Assembly: GCA_965602015.1 (NCBI GenBank) | Contig: OZ271918.1 | Span: 640,001 to 704,000, forward strand | Length of the DNA: 64,000 nucleotides | Source: Salinispira sp. | Lineage (GTDB): Bacteria > Spirochaetota > Spirochaetia > DSM-27196 > Salinispiraceae | Reading direction: 5' to 3' | Shown: positions 36,007 to 49,209 of the stretch, piece after piece | How the letters are laid out: the number at the start of each line of letters is the position of its first letter | Position numbering within the stretch: the stretch's first letter is position 1 | Notes under the pieces: model-generated | The model's input: only the letters and a program-made list of their open reading frames with translations | Told to the model about the DNA's origin: nothing | Databases searched by the model: none | Translations under genes and position numbers: made by a program

Positions 36007-36762
36007 ATGCGAAACGTAAAACTGACAATCGCCTATGACGGGACGGATTTCCTGGGCTGGCAGAAACAGAAAGAAGGCCGCACGGTTCAGGGCGAAGTGG
36101 AAAAAGCATTGTCCCGAATGCATAAACGGGAAATCTCCGTGGCCTGCGCCGGAAGAACCGATTCCGGGGTTCACGCGAACGGCCAGGTAATCAGCTTTTG
36201 CTCCGAGCTCGATATTCCTGCGGAAAAACTGTGCAGGGCCGTAAGCTCGTTTTTCCCCAAGGATGTGTCCGCCGTGGCGTCCGAGCTGGTAGATGATGAT
36301 TTTCACGCGCGCTATTCGGCCCGCCGAAGAAGTTACAAATACTATATTTTTCCGTCTCCCGTGCGCATACCCCATTACCGGCGCTACTCGGTCAGAACCC
36401 TTCGGCGTCCCGATCTTTCGCTGCTGAACCGATATGCGGGAAAAATTATCGGCGAGCATGATTTTAGTACGTTTTCCGCACCGAATGAGCAGGTTCCCCA
36501 CAGGGTTCGGCGGGTTCTCAGCGCCGGGTTTTACCCCGAGGGGGATTTTATCGCTTTCCGAATCACCGGCACCGCATTTTTATGGAAGATGGTGCGCAGT
36601 CTCGTGGGAAGTTTTATCGAATACGAGGAACGGGGCGTAGATCCCGCGGAAGTTGCCGAATATCTGGCGGCCGGTGACCGGAGCCTGGCTGGAATGACCG
36701 CCCAGGCCCGGGGACTGTTTTTTGACCGGGTCGAGTACCACGACCGGCCGGGAGGTTTCTGA
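36007..36762 (+). CDS. truA: tRNA pseudouridine(38-40) synthase
   Basis: AYDGTDF.GWQ, AGRTDSGVHA, FHARYSA, HDFSTF and FLWKMVR. Confidence 0.95.
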   Translation: MRNVKLTIAYDGTDFLGWQKQKEGRTVQGEVEKALSRMHKREISVACAGRTDSGVHANGQVISFCSELDIPAEKLCRAVSSFFPKDVSAVASELVDDDFHARYSARRRSYKYYIFPSPVRIPHYRRYSVRTLRRPDLSLLNRYAGKIIGEHDFSTFSAPNEQVPHRVRRVLSAGFYPEGDFIAFRITGTAFLWKMVRSLVGSFIEYEERGVDPAEVAEYLAAGDRSLAGMTAQARGLFFDRVEYHDRPGGF

Positions 36763-37544
36763 TGGAAAAAAGCCCGAGATCTCTGCTTTGGGACATTATT
36801 AACGATTACGAAGATGCCCTCCGCTACCAAAATAGGCGTTCCTCCAGCCGTCCCCGGATTCCGCCGGCACCCCGGCCGGCGCTGGCCCGGGAAGCGGCGG
36901 AGGGGTATGAGCTTCCCGGGAGGACGGGGCCGGCTGAGGCAGTGAATGATGCCGGACCCCCGAAGGATGACAGCCTGGCTGCGCTGGCAGCGGAGGTTGA
37001 AGGCTGCACGCTCTGCGCTCTGCAACAGGGCCGCCGGCGCGCGGTACCCGGTGCCGGCGACAGCGAGAACTGTCAGCTCCTGGTGATCGGCGAGGGACCC
37101 GGTGCCGAGGAAGACCGGCTCGGACTGCCATTTGTGGGGCCTGCGGGCCAGTATCTCGATAAATGGCTGGACGCCATCGGCCTGAGCCGGAACAACGGCG
37201 TCTTTATCGTCAATGCGGTCAAATGCAGGCCGCCGGGAAACCGGGATCCACTGCCCGATGAGACATCGGCCTGTATGCCCTACCTGCTGCGTCAGATCGC
37301 GTTGCTTGCTCCCCGGGCAATTCTCTGCGTGGGGCGGATCAGCAGTTCAATTCTCCTGGGTGATGGCCAGCGAATCAGTAAAATCCGTGGGCGCTGGACG
37401 GAATTCCGGGGAATCCCCCTTATGCCCACCTATCATCCCAGCGCAGTACTTCGCAACAGCGAGCTTCGCAGGCCGGTGTGGGAAGATATGAAGAAAATCA
37501 AACGTGCACTGGAGACAGGAAATTTCAGCGATGAGGTATTGTAG
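36762..37544 (+). CDS. Uracil-DNA glycosylase family 4
   Basis: CTLC, GEGPGAEED, PFVGPAG, KCRPPGNR and TYHPS. Confidence 0.92.
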   Translation: MEKSPRSLLWDIINDYEDALRYQNRRSSSRPRIPPAPRPALAREAAEGYELPGRTGPAEAVNDAGPPKDDSLAALAAEVEGCTLCALQQGRRRAVPGAGDSENCQLLVIGEGPGAEEDRLGLPFVGPAGQYLDKWLDAIGLSRNNGVFIVNAVKCRPPGNRDPLPDETSACMPYLLRQIALLAPRAILCVGRISSSILLGDGQRISKIRGRWTEFRGIPLMPTYHPSAVLRNSELRRPVWEDMKKIKRALETGNFSDEVL

Positions 37545-39516
37545 GCTCCTGTTCAACCGTCCCCTGGACGGCAGCTACAGCTACCTGCTTTCGGATGAAC
37601 TTCTTGAAAAGGCCGGTAATCCCCCCAGTCTCGTCGGTTATCGGGTAATGGCCCCTTTAGGACGGCAGGACCTCACGGGATACGTCATTGATGACAGCCC
37701 GGACAAGCCGAACGATCTTCCGGAGGGCGTCAGAATTCGGGAAATCCGCCGTATTGTCGATGACGGACCGGTTTTTCTCGAACGCCAGATTTCCATGGCC
37801 CGCTGGATGGCCAAGGTCTATTTCTGCAGCCTCGGGGAAGCACTGGCCATAATGATACCGGCGGGGAGGAAGGACCGGGAAATCCCCGGCCTGCTGTCGG
37901 AAGATGACGGATTTCTCGCCTCGGAAGTTCGCCTCAGCGACGAACAGAGTTCGGCTGTCGAGAAGGTAAGCTCCTCTTTGGAGGGGCGCTTTTATTTGTA
38001 CGGCATAACGGGCTCGGGAAAGACTGAAGTCTTCCTACAGGCTGCCGAGCGCACCCTCGCCGAGGGCCGGAGCATCATCTACCTCGTACCGGAAATATCA
38101 CTCACACATCAGGTCGTCGACCTGATCCGCCGTCGCTTCAGCGAGTCCGCGGCGGTGCTCCATTCGAGCCTCACTCCCAGCCAGCGAATTGCCGAATGGC
38201 GGAGGATTCTTTCGGGGAAGGCCCGCTTCGTCATCGGAGCCCGCAGCGCGATCTTCGCGCCGCTGGAGAATCTCGGCCTGATAATCCTCGATGAGGAACA
38301 CGAGAGTTCATACAAGTCGGGGTCGACTCCCCGGTATCACGCCCGTCAGCTCGCCATGTACCGGGCGGCAAACGAGGGTGCCCGGCTGCTTATGGGGTCG
38401 GCGACTCCCAGCGTCGAAGCCTGGCATTTTATGCAGGAGGGAAAGCTCGAACGGCTTAATCTCACCCGCAGGCTCTCCGGGGGAGCGATGCCCTCCATGG
38501 AACTGGTAAACATCAGGGGAAGCGAGGCAAGCCTCAGCGAGCGCCTCCGGAATGAAATTCGCGCAAGCCTTGATGCCCGACGGCAGGTAATACTCTTTCT
38601 CAATCGCAGGGGATTCGGATACTTCTATCACTGCCGCAGCTGCGGTCAGGATTTTTCCTGCGCCCGCTGTTCTGTGAGCCTGACCTATCATAAATCAAAG
38701 GGTCGGCTGGTATGCCATCATTGCGGATACAGCATCCCGGCGCCTGAAGCTTGTCCGGAATGCGGGAGCCTCGACCTGGGCTACTCGGGGTTCGGGACTG
38801 AAAAGGTCGAAGAGGACGTTCGCCGTGCCTTTCCGAATTCGACGGTGCTCCGGCTGGACACCGACAGCACCCAAAAAAAGGGAGTTCTTCAGAAGGGAAT
38901 CGAGGATTTTCGAAATGGTAAAATCGATATCCTTCTGGGTACCCAAATGGTTGCCAAGGGATTGAATTTTCCCGGGGTGAACCTGGTCGGGATAATCATG
39001 GCGGATTCATCCCTGCACCTGCCGGATTTCCGCAGCTATGAAAAGACTTTTGCCCTTATCACCCAGGTTGCCGGCCGCGCGGGGCGATATCATCGGGACG
39101 GCAAGGTCATTGTACAGACCCTCAATCCTGCCCATCATATTATCCGCCAATCTGCGGCCCTCGACATGGACGGTTTTTACGCCCGGGAACTGGAAAGCCG
39201 GCGTCAGCTCAACTTCCCTCCGTTCTCCCGGATGCTTCGGCTTTTGGTACGGGGCAAGGATGCCCGGGCGGTATGGGAAGTCGCCGGTGCTCTGGCATCG
39301 GCGGTTAATCGGGTTTTACAGGACGCACAAGGCGAAGTGCTCGGGCCCGCAGAGAGTCCCCTGGCGATTGTCAACAAAAACTACCGGGTGCACATGCTCA
39401 TATTGACCCCTCGAATGGCTGCCCTTCAAAGCCTGCTCCCCAGGGTTTTACGGGGTATTAAATCTCCCAGGGGGATTCATCTTGAGATTGATACGGACCC
39501 CCAAAGCCTTTTGTAA
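37531..39516 (+). CDS. priA: Primosomal protein N'
   Basis: GITGSGKTE, VPEISL, DEEH, SATPS, four CxxC pairs and QVAGRAGR. Confidence 0.95.
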   Translation: MRYCRLLFNRPLDGSYSYLLSDELLEKAGNPPSLVGYRVMAPLGRQDLTGYVIDDSPDKPNDLPEGVRIREIRRIVDDGPVFLERQISMARWMAKVYFCSLGEALAIMIPAGRKDREIPGLLSEDDGFLASEVRLSDEQSSAVEKVSSSLEGRFYLYGITGSGKTEVFLQAAERTLAEGRSIIYLVPEISLTHQVVDLIRRRFSESAAVLHSSLTPSQRIAEWRRILSGKARFVIGARSAIFAPLENLGLIILDEEHESSYKSGSTPRYHARQLAMYRAANEGARLLMGSATPSVEAWHFMQEGKLERLNLTRRLSGGAMPSMELVNIRGSEASLSERLRNEIRASLDARRQVILFLNRRGFGYFYHCRSCGQDFSCARCSVSLTYHKSKGRLVCHHCGYSIPAPEACPECGSLDLGYSGFGTEKVEEDVRRAFPNSTVLRLDTDSTQKKGVLQKGIEDFRNGKIDILLGTQMVAKGLNFPGVNLVGIIMADSSLHLPDFRSYEKTFALITQVAGRAGRYHRDGKVIVQTLNPAHHIIRQSAALDMDGFYARELESRRQLNFPPFSRMLRLLVRGKDARAVWEVAGALASAVNRVLQDAQGEVLGPAESPLAIVNKNYRVHMLILTPRMAALQSLLPRVLRGIKSPRGIHLEIDTDPQSLL

Positions 39517-39599
39517 ACCGCGACCTGGGGCCCCGGATTTTGCCAAACTGGCTATTTACGGCTGCTGTAATCTCTCATAGACTTAGTAACGGGGAGAAT

Positions 39600-40256
39600 A
39601 TGCAATTTATCGACATACCGACCGAGTTAACCACCGCCTTCACCGACCTGATTTTGGCAGCTGTGTCGCTGTACGCCGTGGCCATGCTGCGGATCAGGTC
39701 CGGGGATTTTAGCATCTCGCAAAAACCCCGGATTTGGATGGCCGCGTTTACCGCCCTGGCCATAGCAGGTCTGCTGGGTTTTTTCGCCCACGGCTTTGTT
39801 ATGAGTGAAAGACTCAACAGTGCGCTTTGGCAGCCTCTGTATCTCAGCCTGGGAATAACCGTTGCGTTTTTCGCCGCCGGCGTCCTCATCGATATGCGCC
39901 GTCGTCGATTGCCCGCCGGGGTAATTATCGCGCTGGTTATTGTGGCGTCGGTGTTTTACGGGTTTACCCTCGTGGTGCCCGGTTCTTTTCTGGTGTTTAT
40001 CGCGTACGAAGCCATGGCAATGCTGTTCGCCTTGACGGTCTACCTGGTAATTGCAGTTCGCCGGGGCGGCGCGTGGACCTGGTTCATGACGTTGGGAATA
40101 TTTTTCAGTATTGCGGCGGCGGTCATCCAGGCCACAGGAAGCCTGTCAGTGACTTTGATATGGGAGTTCGATCACAATGGTATTTTCCACCTGGTTCAAA
40201 TTCCCGGGGTGTTTTTTCTCCTCGCCGGAATTATGGCGTCCAGGGAGCGAAGGTGA
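39600..40256 (+). CDS. Multi-pass membrane protein
   Basis: About seven hydrophobic segments; E..TAFTD, AHG and DHNGIFH polar motifs; GGAG RBS before ATG 39600. Confidence 0.7.
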   Translation: MQFIDIPTELTTAFTDLILAAVSLYAVAMLRIRSGDFSISQKPRIWMAAFTALAIAGLLGFFAHGFVMSERLNSALWQPLYLSLGITVAFFAAGVLIDMRRRRLPAGVIIALVIVASVFYGFTLVVPGSFLVFIAYEAMAMLFALTVYLVIAVRRGGAWTWFMTLGIFFSIAAAVIQATGSLSVTLIWEFDHNGIFHLVQIPGVFFLLAGIMASRERR

Positions 40257-40259
40257 CCC

Positions 40260-41123
40260 GTGGCTGAGCAGGAACTATCGCAGGGGGATGACTGGTTACC
40301 GTACAAGGAGGACAGAAACGCCTCCTACGGCGGAAGAAGTTTCTATTTTTTCGATCTAGACGATAACATCCTCCATCTCGATACCCCTATCATCCTCTTT
40401 CACAAAGAGACCGGGGCTGAACGTGAAATCAGTTCCGCCGACCTGGCCGCCTATGGAAATACAATAGGCAAAAGCGGGCCCTACGGGGAATTCCGCTTTG
40501 AACAGGATGACCGGACCGGAAGTTTTCGTAATTTCAGGGATCCCCCTTTTGGTCCTTCCCCCCTTGTGAAAGACCTTGAGAGGGCCATACGCCAACCGGT
40601 TTGGGAGTGGCGGGGTCCGAGCTGGAATCATTTCTTTTACGCGGTGCTCAACCGGAGGCCGGTAAGCATAATAACCGCCCGCGGTCATCGCCCGGAGAGC
40701 ATCAAGCGGGCCCTGAATCTGCTCTACCGCCGGGGGGAGCTTCTCAAGCGTCCCAATTTTCTCAGCGTGTTCCCGGTCACCAATCCGCTGCTGCGCCAAC
40801 GGGTTTTCAAAGACCCGCATTACGCCAGGCCGGTGGCTGAATTAAAATACGAAGCGCTGATTCTTGCGGTGGAGAACGCCTTCCGGCGCTACGGTAAAAA
40901 TCCTCACCACCGATTCGGGGTGAGTGACGATGATCCAAATAATATTCGGGAAATCTCCCGGGCATTGGTGGAGGTAAAGCGCCGCTACCCCCAAAACTCG
41001 TTTTTTGTCATCGACAGTTCGGGCAGGAGCATACAAAAGACGGAAATTTTCGAAGATCACACCGAACAATCAAGAACCATCGATCTGTCAGATGCGCTGA
41101 ATTATCAGCTGTTTGACTTCTGA
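40260..41123 (+). CDS. HAD-superfamily-like protein
   Basis: FFDLDDN (motif I), ITARGH (II), LK (III) and GVSDDD (IV). Confidence 0.65.
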   Translation: MAEQELSQGDDWLPYKEDRNASYGGRSFYFFDLDDNILHLDTPIILFHKETGAEREISSADLAAYGNTIGKSGPYGEFRFEQDDRTGSFRNFRDPPFGPSPLVKDLERAIRQPVWEWRGPSWNHFFYAVLNRRPVSIITARGHRPESIKRALNLLYRRGELLKRPNFLSVFPVTNPLLRQRVFKDPHYARPVAELKYEALILAVENAFRRYGKNPHHRFGVSDDDPNNIREISRALVEVKRRYPQNSFFVIDSSGRSIQKTEIFEDHTEQSRTIDLSDALNYQLFDF

Positions 41124-41201
41124 CCTGTCGGTCCCAAAAAATCAAGCAATTATGATAAACTATTGTATAGTACTCCATACACAACAATTCGAAGGGAATA
41201 A

Positions 41202-43433
<2,232 letters not shown>

Positions 43434-43444
43434 TGACGGGGGGG

Positions 43445-45808
43445 TTAACTCAGGTATTTCCGCAGAAGCCGGTAGAAGGTCTTTTTTTTGAAGGGCTTGG
43501 CGAGATAGTCGTCGCATCCCGATTGGTAGCCCCGCTCGATGTGCTCCCGCGATGCATTGGCGGTGAGGATGATTATTGTGGTACGGGCCCCGGAGCCTTC
43601 CATCCGGCGGATTTCCTCCGTGGCCTCGTATCCCCCCATGACCGGCATCTGCACGTCCATAAGTATGAGGTCAAACGAATCGTCTTCGCAGCGGTCCAGA
43701 GCCTCCCTTCCGTTTTCCGCCAGCACATAGTCTATTCCCAGGTCACCGAGGTATGCTCCCACCACAACCTGATTCGCCGGCGAATCCTCTACAAGAAGTA
43801 CCCTCTTGCCCGAGGCTATTGCCGGCGGGCTCTCTTCCTGGCGGACCTCGTCCCAGTGGCTTCCCCCCGCCAGGGGAAAATCTATGGCAAATTCAAACCT
43901 GGTGCCCTTGCCCGGGCTGCTTTCCAGGGTTATCTCACCGCCCATCCGCTCAACCAGGCTGCGGGAAATGCTCAGGCCTAATCCGCTGCCGCCGAACTGG
44001 CGGGTGATGCTTCCGTCCGCCTGGGTAAACGCTTCGAAAATATGCCTCTGCTCCTGCTCTCCGATGCCGACCCCGGTGTCATCCACTGCGGTGAAGATCC
44101 GGCAGTGTGTATCATCCAGAGCCTCCCATCGGACCGAGATCCCGACAGACCCCTCTGGGGTGAACTTGCAGGCATTGCTCACCAGATTATTCAGAACCTG
44201 GCGAACTCTCAGCGGATCGCCTTTCACCGGGCGGTAGGGGCCGCCGCCGTATTCGGTGGTCAGCACCAGCCCCTTCTCACGGGCCTTTATTTGGTACATT
44301 TCGGCGACCTTTTCCACCTCCCGGCGAAAATCGAACTCAAGGGATTCCAGCACCAGTTGACCGGCCTCGATTTTTGAAAAATCGAGAATATCGTTTATCA
44401 GCGCCAAAAGGACTTCGCCGGAATTATACAAAATCTGGACGTACTCCCGTTGTCTGGCGTCGAGATCCGTCGAGCTTAACAGCTCGGCTATGCCGATTAT
44501 GGCATTCATCGGAGTGCGGATTTCATGGCTCATTGTCGATAGAAAATCGCTTTTTGCCCGGTTTGCCTCCTCAGCCTGACTGACGGCTTTTTCGAGCTCG
44601 ACGGCCAGTTGGCGGGCTTCCCGTTCATTGGCCCGAATTCGCTCATAGGTTCTCGACAGTTCTTTTGTCATGCTGTTAAATGCCTGGGACATACTTGTCA
44701 TTTCACTGTTTGGGAACTCCCGGATTCGTATATCCAGATTCCCGCCGCTGATCTCCCGGGCGGCAGCCTTGAACTGCTCCAGCGGCAAAAGAATCGATCT
44801 GAGCACCAGCACAATAAAGCCCAAATTAATGAGCGCCATTACCCCCAGCAGACTCATGACCAGGCGCTGAATCGCGTTTACCGGTCTCAGAGCGTCCGAT
44901 AAGCTCTGGGAGATTACGGTCCTCCAGCCGAGACCGGGGTACTCGCCGATTCCCGTCGACTCCCAGAGACTGTAGATCCTCTGGGTGGAGGCGTCGATGG
45001 AATAGCCATTTCCCGCAGGCAGAATTTGGTAGTATTCGGCGGCCTTCTGGTCTTCCATGAACTGAAAGAGTCCCGTTGAATATACCAGGCGTCCTTCGGG
45101 ATTGAGAATCAGTACTTCGTGGCGGGACGACCGGTCGCTGTTTATTCTCGCCTGCCGGGCCGCCTTTGCAATGTCCAAAAAACCGTGAATATATCCGCTT
45201 ATTCGCCCAGAGCCGTCTCGTATCGCGAGTCCGATTCCAAGACCAAAAAGCTGCAGGTCGGGGTTGTAATACAGCCGTTCAAGAAAAACATCCCCTTGCC
45301 TGGAGCCGGTCAACCATTGTTCGCCGCTGTGGTCGTACAAACTGATGGGGGCTGACGATGCAACCAGGGCGCCGTAGCGGTTGATTAGATAGACTTCGGG
45401 AAGGGTTGCATAACCCTGGCGGAGAAGAGGACGGCGGGAGAACAGTTCGCGGAGAAAAAAACTCAGATCAGGATCGGTATACAAATCATGGGCCATAGCT
45501 TCGGCGGACTGCCCCTGGCGCCGACTGAGCTCAACGGACGGCGACTCCAGGGCGTCAAAGACCGAATTCGACTCCCTCAAAGCGGCGATTATTTCCGGCG
45601 CTATGTCCAGATCTCTCAGGCGGTTTACTTCAGCATTGATTATCTGATCAATTTCACCCATAACCTGACGGGCCAGGTCCACGTTGGCGGTGGCGAGAAT
45701 ATCAATCAGTATCGGCCGTCCGATAAACACCACGCTGGCAACAATCATGAGAATGACCGCCAGTGAAATGCTCAGCGCCGCTATTACCTTTGTTCGAATC
45801 GATCGCAC
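43445..45808 (-). CDS. Hybrid sensor histidine kinase (periplasmic Cache-like, HAMP, HisKA, HATPase, REC)
   Basis: Two TM segments; [32 protein letters not shown]; receiver LLVED...MDVQMP...KP. Confidence 0.92.
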   Translation of the reverse strand: MRSIRTKVIAALSISLAVILMIVASVVFIGRPILIDILATANVDLARQVMGEIDQIINAEVNRLRDLDIAPEIIAALRESNSVFDALESPSVELSRRQGQSAEAMAHDLYTDPDLSFFLRELFSRRPLLRQGYATLPEVYLINRYGALVASSAPISLYDHSGEQWLTGSRQGDVFLERLYYNPDLQLFGLGIGLAIRDGSGRISGYIHGFLDIAKAARQARINSDRSSRHEVLILNPEGRLVYSTGLFQFMEDQKAAEYYQILPAGNGYSIDASTQRIYSLWESTGIGEYPGLGWRTVISQSLSDALRPVNAIQRLVMSLLGVMALINLGFIVLVLRSILLPLEQFKAAAREISGGNLDIRIREFPNSEMTSMSQAFNSMTKELSRTYERIRANEREARQLAVELEKAVSQAEEANRAKSDFLSTMSHEIRTPMNAIIGIAELLSSTDLDARQREYVQILYNSGEVLLALINDILDFSKIEAGQLVLESLEFDFRREVEKVAEMYQIKAREKGLVLTTEYGGGPYRPVKGDPLRVRQVLNNLVSNACKFTPEGSVGISVRWEALDDTHCRIFTAVDDTGVGIGEQEQRHIFEAFTQADGSITRQFGGSGLGLSISRSLVERMGGEITLESSPGKGTRFEFAIDFPLAGGSHWDEVRQEESPPAIASGKRVLLVEDSPANQVVVGAYLGDLGIDYVLAENGREALDRCEDDSFDLILMDVQMPVMGGYEATEEIRRMEGSGARTTIIILTANASREHIERGYQSGCDDYLAKPFKKKTFYRLLRKYLS

Positions 45809-45823
45809 CCGGGTCTCCCGACT

Positions 45824-46921
45824 TTAATAATTGATAAACCGTCTGTCGCCGTTCTCGATTTTCGCGAGAAGCAGGGGAATCCTGATGCTGTTGTTTCCCT
45901 GGACCTTTTGCACGTCACCGGACAAAGACGGATAGAAAAACTCCCGGTCCAAGGCCCGGCGAAGGCCTTCCCGGCTTATCTCCTGCTGATCGGCTATGAG
46001 ATGTGCAATAAGCAGCACCAAATCGTAACCGATTGCCGCATTATGGTGAAATTCCCTGTCAAATCGCAGACGGTAGCGCTCGGCTATTTCCCGGACCAGG
46101 GGGAAGCGGGGGTTGTAAATGTACGGAGTGGCGACGTACATGCCTTCCGCCTGAGGAAGATCGAGGAAGACCCTGGTAGACAAGGTCGATGTGCCCAATA
46201 CAATTCCCTCAAAGCCCCTGCGCCGAATTTCTTCCAGGGCCGCAATGCAGGCATTCTCGAAACCCGCGACGACTATCGCGTCGCTGCCTGTCAATGCTGC
46301 AAACTCCTGTGACAGATCGTCATCACCCACGGGAAAGGCCGATGAAATAACCTGAACACCCTCGGCCCGTCGATTGAGCTCGCGATAAATAGACCTGCCG
46401 TATGCATCATCCTGGTGGAGCACTCCGACCGAGCCAATCCGATTCGTCTCGATAACCCTCATCATGGGTTCCACCTCGTCGGCGGCGGTCTGGTAAAACT
46501 GGAATACGTAGTCGTTCTGCAGGGGAATGTCCGGGCTCGATGCAACGGCGGCGATTACGGCGACTTCCTTGTCCATTGCCCGCGGTGCCAGGGCCAGCCC
46601 CACCGAACTGAGGACCGATACGTACAGATGGGGCGAAACCTGGTTTTCCAGCTCGTTGAAGCGGGTGATTCCCGATTGAGGGTCAGATTCGCTGTCGCGA
46701 AAATGGAGTTCCAGGCTGTAGTCGCCGGCCAGACGACGGCCCCTCACTTCTTCCAGCGCCAGTTCCATTCCCAGCTGAAGCGGCTCGAGGTAGCTGGCAA
46801 AACCGCTTTGGGGCATTATTACCCCCACATCGACGGTATTGACCCGCTGACTGCATGAGAAAGAGAGCAGGACTGCGGACAATAGCATTATCTCTAATAC
46901 CGGCTGGAAATACTTCTTCAT
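45824..46921 (-). CDS. Periplasmic binding lipoprotein, type I (LivJ/K-like)
   Basis: LSFSC lipobox; VGVIMPQSG, DSESDP, DDAYG and GYD motifs. Confidence 0.82.
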   Translation of the reverse strand: MKKYFQPVLEIMLLSAVLLSFSCSQRVNTVDVGVIMPQSGFASYLEPLQLGMELALEEVRGRRLAGDYSLELHFRDSESDPQSGITRFNELENQVSPHLYVSVLSSVGLALAPRAMDKEVAVIAAVASSPDIPLQNDYVFQFYQTAADEVEPMMRVIETNRIGSVGVLHQDDAYGRSIYRELNRRAEGVQVISSAFPVGDDDLSQEFAALTGSDAIVVAGFENACIAALEEIRRRGFEGIVLGTSTLSTRVFLDLPQAEGMYVATPYIYNPRFPLVREIAERYRLRFDREFHHNAAIGYDLVLLIAHLIADQQEISREGLRRALDREFFYPSLSGDVQKVQGNNSIRIPLLLAKIENGDRRFINY

Positions 46922-46960
46922 AATACTACAGTATAGTGCATCGACCCTGACTGCGGGGTG

Positions 46961-48085
46961 TCAGGTCCCGATGCGCCCTGGAGATAATTTATCGGGAGTA
47001 GTGCGGCCGTGGAGGATACTGCCGCAGAGCATTTCTGCCAAACCCGGAGCGAGCATAAAACCGCGGGTGCCCAGACCGTTGAATACGTATACTCCCCCGG
47101 GCAGATGTCTGCGGATCGACGCCGAGAGCGAGTAGGGTTCCAGAAGCCCCAGGTACGCCAACCGGTCCCTGCTGGCCGGACGAATCCCCGCCCAGCAATC
47201 GGTCACATTACCCCGCAAAATAGAAGGATCACCTAGTCCGCAGGCATAAAGACGGGAAAGAAGCCAGGAGACCCCTTCTTCCTCGCAGTCCGTATCGGTG
47301 AAATCTCTCACGTAGCTGCTTCCCACAAGGTAGGTCTGGGGTTTATCCGTCGGAATAATGGCCACTCCGGCGCTGAGCACCCGGGAACTGGCAAGCCCCG
47401 GGAGGGTAATTTCTATAACGTCGCCCTTTACCGGATAGTAGGGCAGGGCGGAACCCGGTAGCTCTTCCTGAGACGGCGAAAAAGAGCGCTGTATTCCCGT
47501 GGCCATGACCGCAGCGGAATACCCCGGTTTACCCAGAAGATCCTCTACGGCAGTCTCAATAAGCGCTCCTTCATCGGCGAGATAGCGGCGGAATGAGCGA
47601 AGCAAGGGACGGGGAAGGATGCGTCCGCTGCCGGTAATCTCCGCCGAGCCGAAATTACTCGGGGGCAAACCTTCCCCGGTGTCGGATAGCGGGCCGAGGG
47701 CTGGCGCCGCATCCCCGCCGGCTTCCCAGCGCCTACGCTCATTCTCAGATAGAAAAACTTTAACGATGGGGCGCCGGTCTGTGAAATCCGATGTATATCC
47801 CCGTTCTTTGAGAAAGCTTTCGAGACCCCGGTAACGCCGCCAGGCGGCGGGGATCATGGCGCTTCCCCAACTCAGGGTCATTCGCTTGAACACCACGGGG
47901 TTTATCAGTCCGGTGGAATACCAGCTCGATCCCTCTTCCGCCCCGAGGTCCGCGACGATAAAATCCCTGGCGGGCTCCAATCCGTTTTCCATTAGCTCCC
48001 AGCACAGCATTGTTCCGGCAATTCCCTGTCCCCCAATGAGGATGGGCAGGCGGCCGCGGCCGCCCCCCGTAGATTTAGCCTTCAT
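46961..48085 (-). CDS. FAD-dependent oxidoreductase (DAO family)
   Basis: GQGIAG, PVKG, WAGIRP and NGLGTRG. Confidence 0.8.
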   Translation of the reverse strand: MKAKSTGGGRGRLPILIGGQGIAGTMLCWELMENGLEPARDFIVADLGAEEGSSWYSTGLINPVVFKRMTLSWGSAMIPAAWRRYRGLESFLKERGYTSDFTDRRPIVKVFLSENERRRWEAGGDAAPALGPLSDTGEGLPPSNFGSAEITGSGRILPRPLLRSFRRYLADEGALIETAVEDLLGKPGYSAAVMATGIQRSFSPSQEELPGSALPYYPVKGDVIEITLPGLASSRVLSAGVAIIPTDKPQTYLVGSSYVRDFTDTDCEEEGVSWLLSRLYACGLGDPSILRGNVTDCWAGIRPASRDRLAYLGLLEPYSLSASIRRHLPGGVYVFNGLGTRGFMLAPGLAEMLCGSILHGRTTPDKLSPGRIGT

Positions 48086-48099
48086 GTTGTCCGGATGAG

Positions 48100-49197
48100 C
48101 TAGAAATCACTGTCGGCCGCTTCCCTTTCGCGCTGGCTCTTGACCAGCTCGAGAGTGGACAAAAGCCCGCATGCGGCCTGGATATCTTCGCCGCGGCTTT
48201 TGCGGATCGTGGTCATCAGGCCCTTTGACTTGAGGCGATTTTGGAAGTCCACCATTCGTCCGCGGGAACTTCCTTTCAGCGGGGAGCCCGGGATTGGATG
48301 GAAGTGGATTAAATTAACCTTGCACCGTAATCCGTTGAGCAGTTTGACCATGGCGTTCGCATGCCGGGGTTCGTCATTTACACCTTCGAACATGATGTAT
48401 TCAAAGCTCAGTTTGCGGTCCTTGAAATCATGCTCCCTCAGCGCCTCGATGACGTCTTTGATGGGATAGACCGACTGGACGGGCATGAGTTGCCGGCGTT
48501 CTTCTTCGATGGGGTTGTGGATGGAAATCGCCAGGGGCGACCTGGTTTCCTCGAGATAGCGTTTCATTGCGGGAATAATTCCGATGGTAGAGACGGTTAT
48601 GCGCTTCGCGCTCATGTTTATCCCGTCGGGATCAGTAAGGATGCCCACGCTGTCAATCACGCCGTCGATGTTGTCCATGGGCTCGCCCATTCCCATATAC
48701 ACAATGTTGGTCAGCCGTTCGCGTTCAGGCAGGGTATATACCTGAGAGAGAATTTCTCCGGTGCTCAGCTGCCCCTGGAAACCCTGCCTTGCGGTCATGC
48801 AGAACAGGCAGCCCATCTTGCAGCCTACCTGGGTCGACAGGCAAAGGGTGGCCCGGTTCTCCTCTGGGATGTAGGCCGCTTCGACGAATTTGCCTCTCGG
48901 GGCGGGGTATAAATACTTTTTTGTTCCGTCCGACGACTCATCGGAATGACTGCTGCGGTATATGTCGATGCAAAAGCTGTTCCCGAGCTCCGCCCTGAGA
49001 TCCTTTGGCAGATTGGTCATATCATCGAAGTTCCAGACCATGTCGCGGTACATCCAGATAAATAGCTGGTCTGCCCTGAACTTCGGCTGGCCCAGATCGG
49101 CGATTACCCGGCGCAAATCCTCGCGGGTCTTTCCGAACAGGTTCGGCCTGTCGGCTGATATTTCCGTTTTTTGAGAGTTAGGTAATGGGGTATTCAC
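48100..49197 (-). CDS. rlmN: 23S rRNA/tRNA C2-adenine methyltransferase
   Basis: DGTKKYL, CLSTQVGCKMGCLFC, MGMGEP and RGEDIQAACG. Confidence 0.93.
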   Translation of the reverse strand: MNTPLPNSQKTEISADRPNLFGKTREDLRRVIADLGQPKFRADQLFIWMYRDMVWNFDDMTNLPKDLRAELGNSFCIDIYRSSHSDESSDGTKKYLYPAPRGKFVEAAYIPEENRATLCLSTQVGCKMGCLFCMTARQGFQGQLSTGEILSQVYTLPERERLTNIVYMGMGEPMDNIDGVIDSVGILTDPDGINMSAKRITVSTIGIIPAMKRYLEETRSPLAISIHNPIEEERRQLMPVQSVYPIKDVIEALREHDFKDRKLSFEYIMFEGVNDEPRHANAMVKLLNGLRCKVNLIHFHPIPGSPLKGSSRGRMVDFQNRLKSKGLMTTIRKSRGEDIQAACGLLSTLELVKSQREREAADSDF

Positions 49198-49209
49198 AGG
49201 GGGATCATA

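Noticed and set aside
41103..41114. TATCAGCTGTTT partial match to the terminal repeat (also ATCAGCTG near 30014)
   Set aside because: Inside coding sequence and lacks the GGGGC end, so probably chance.
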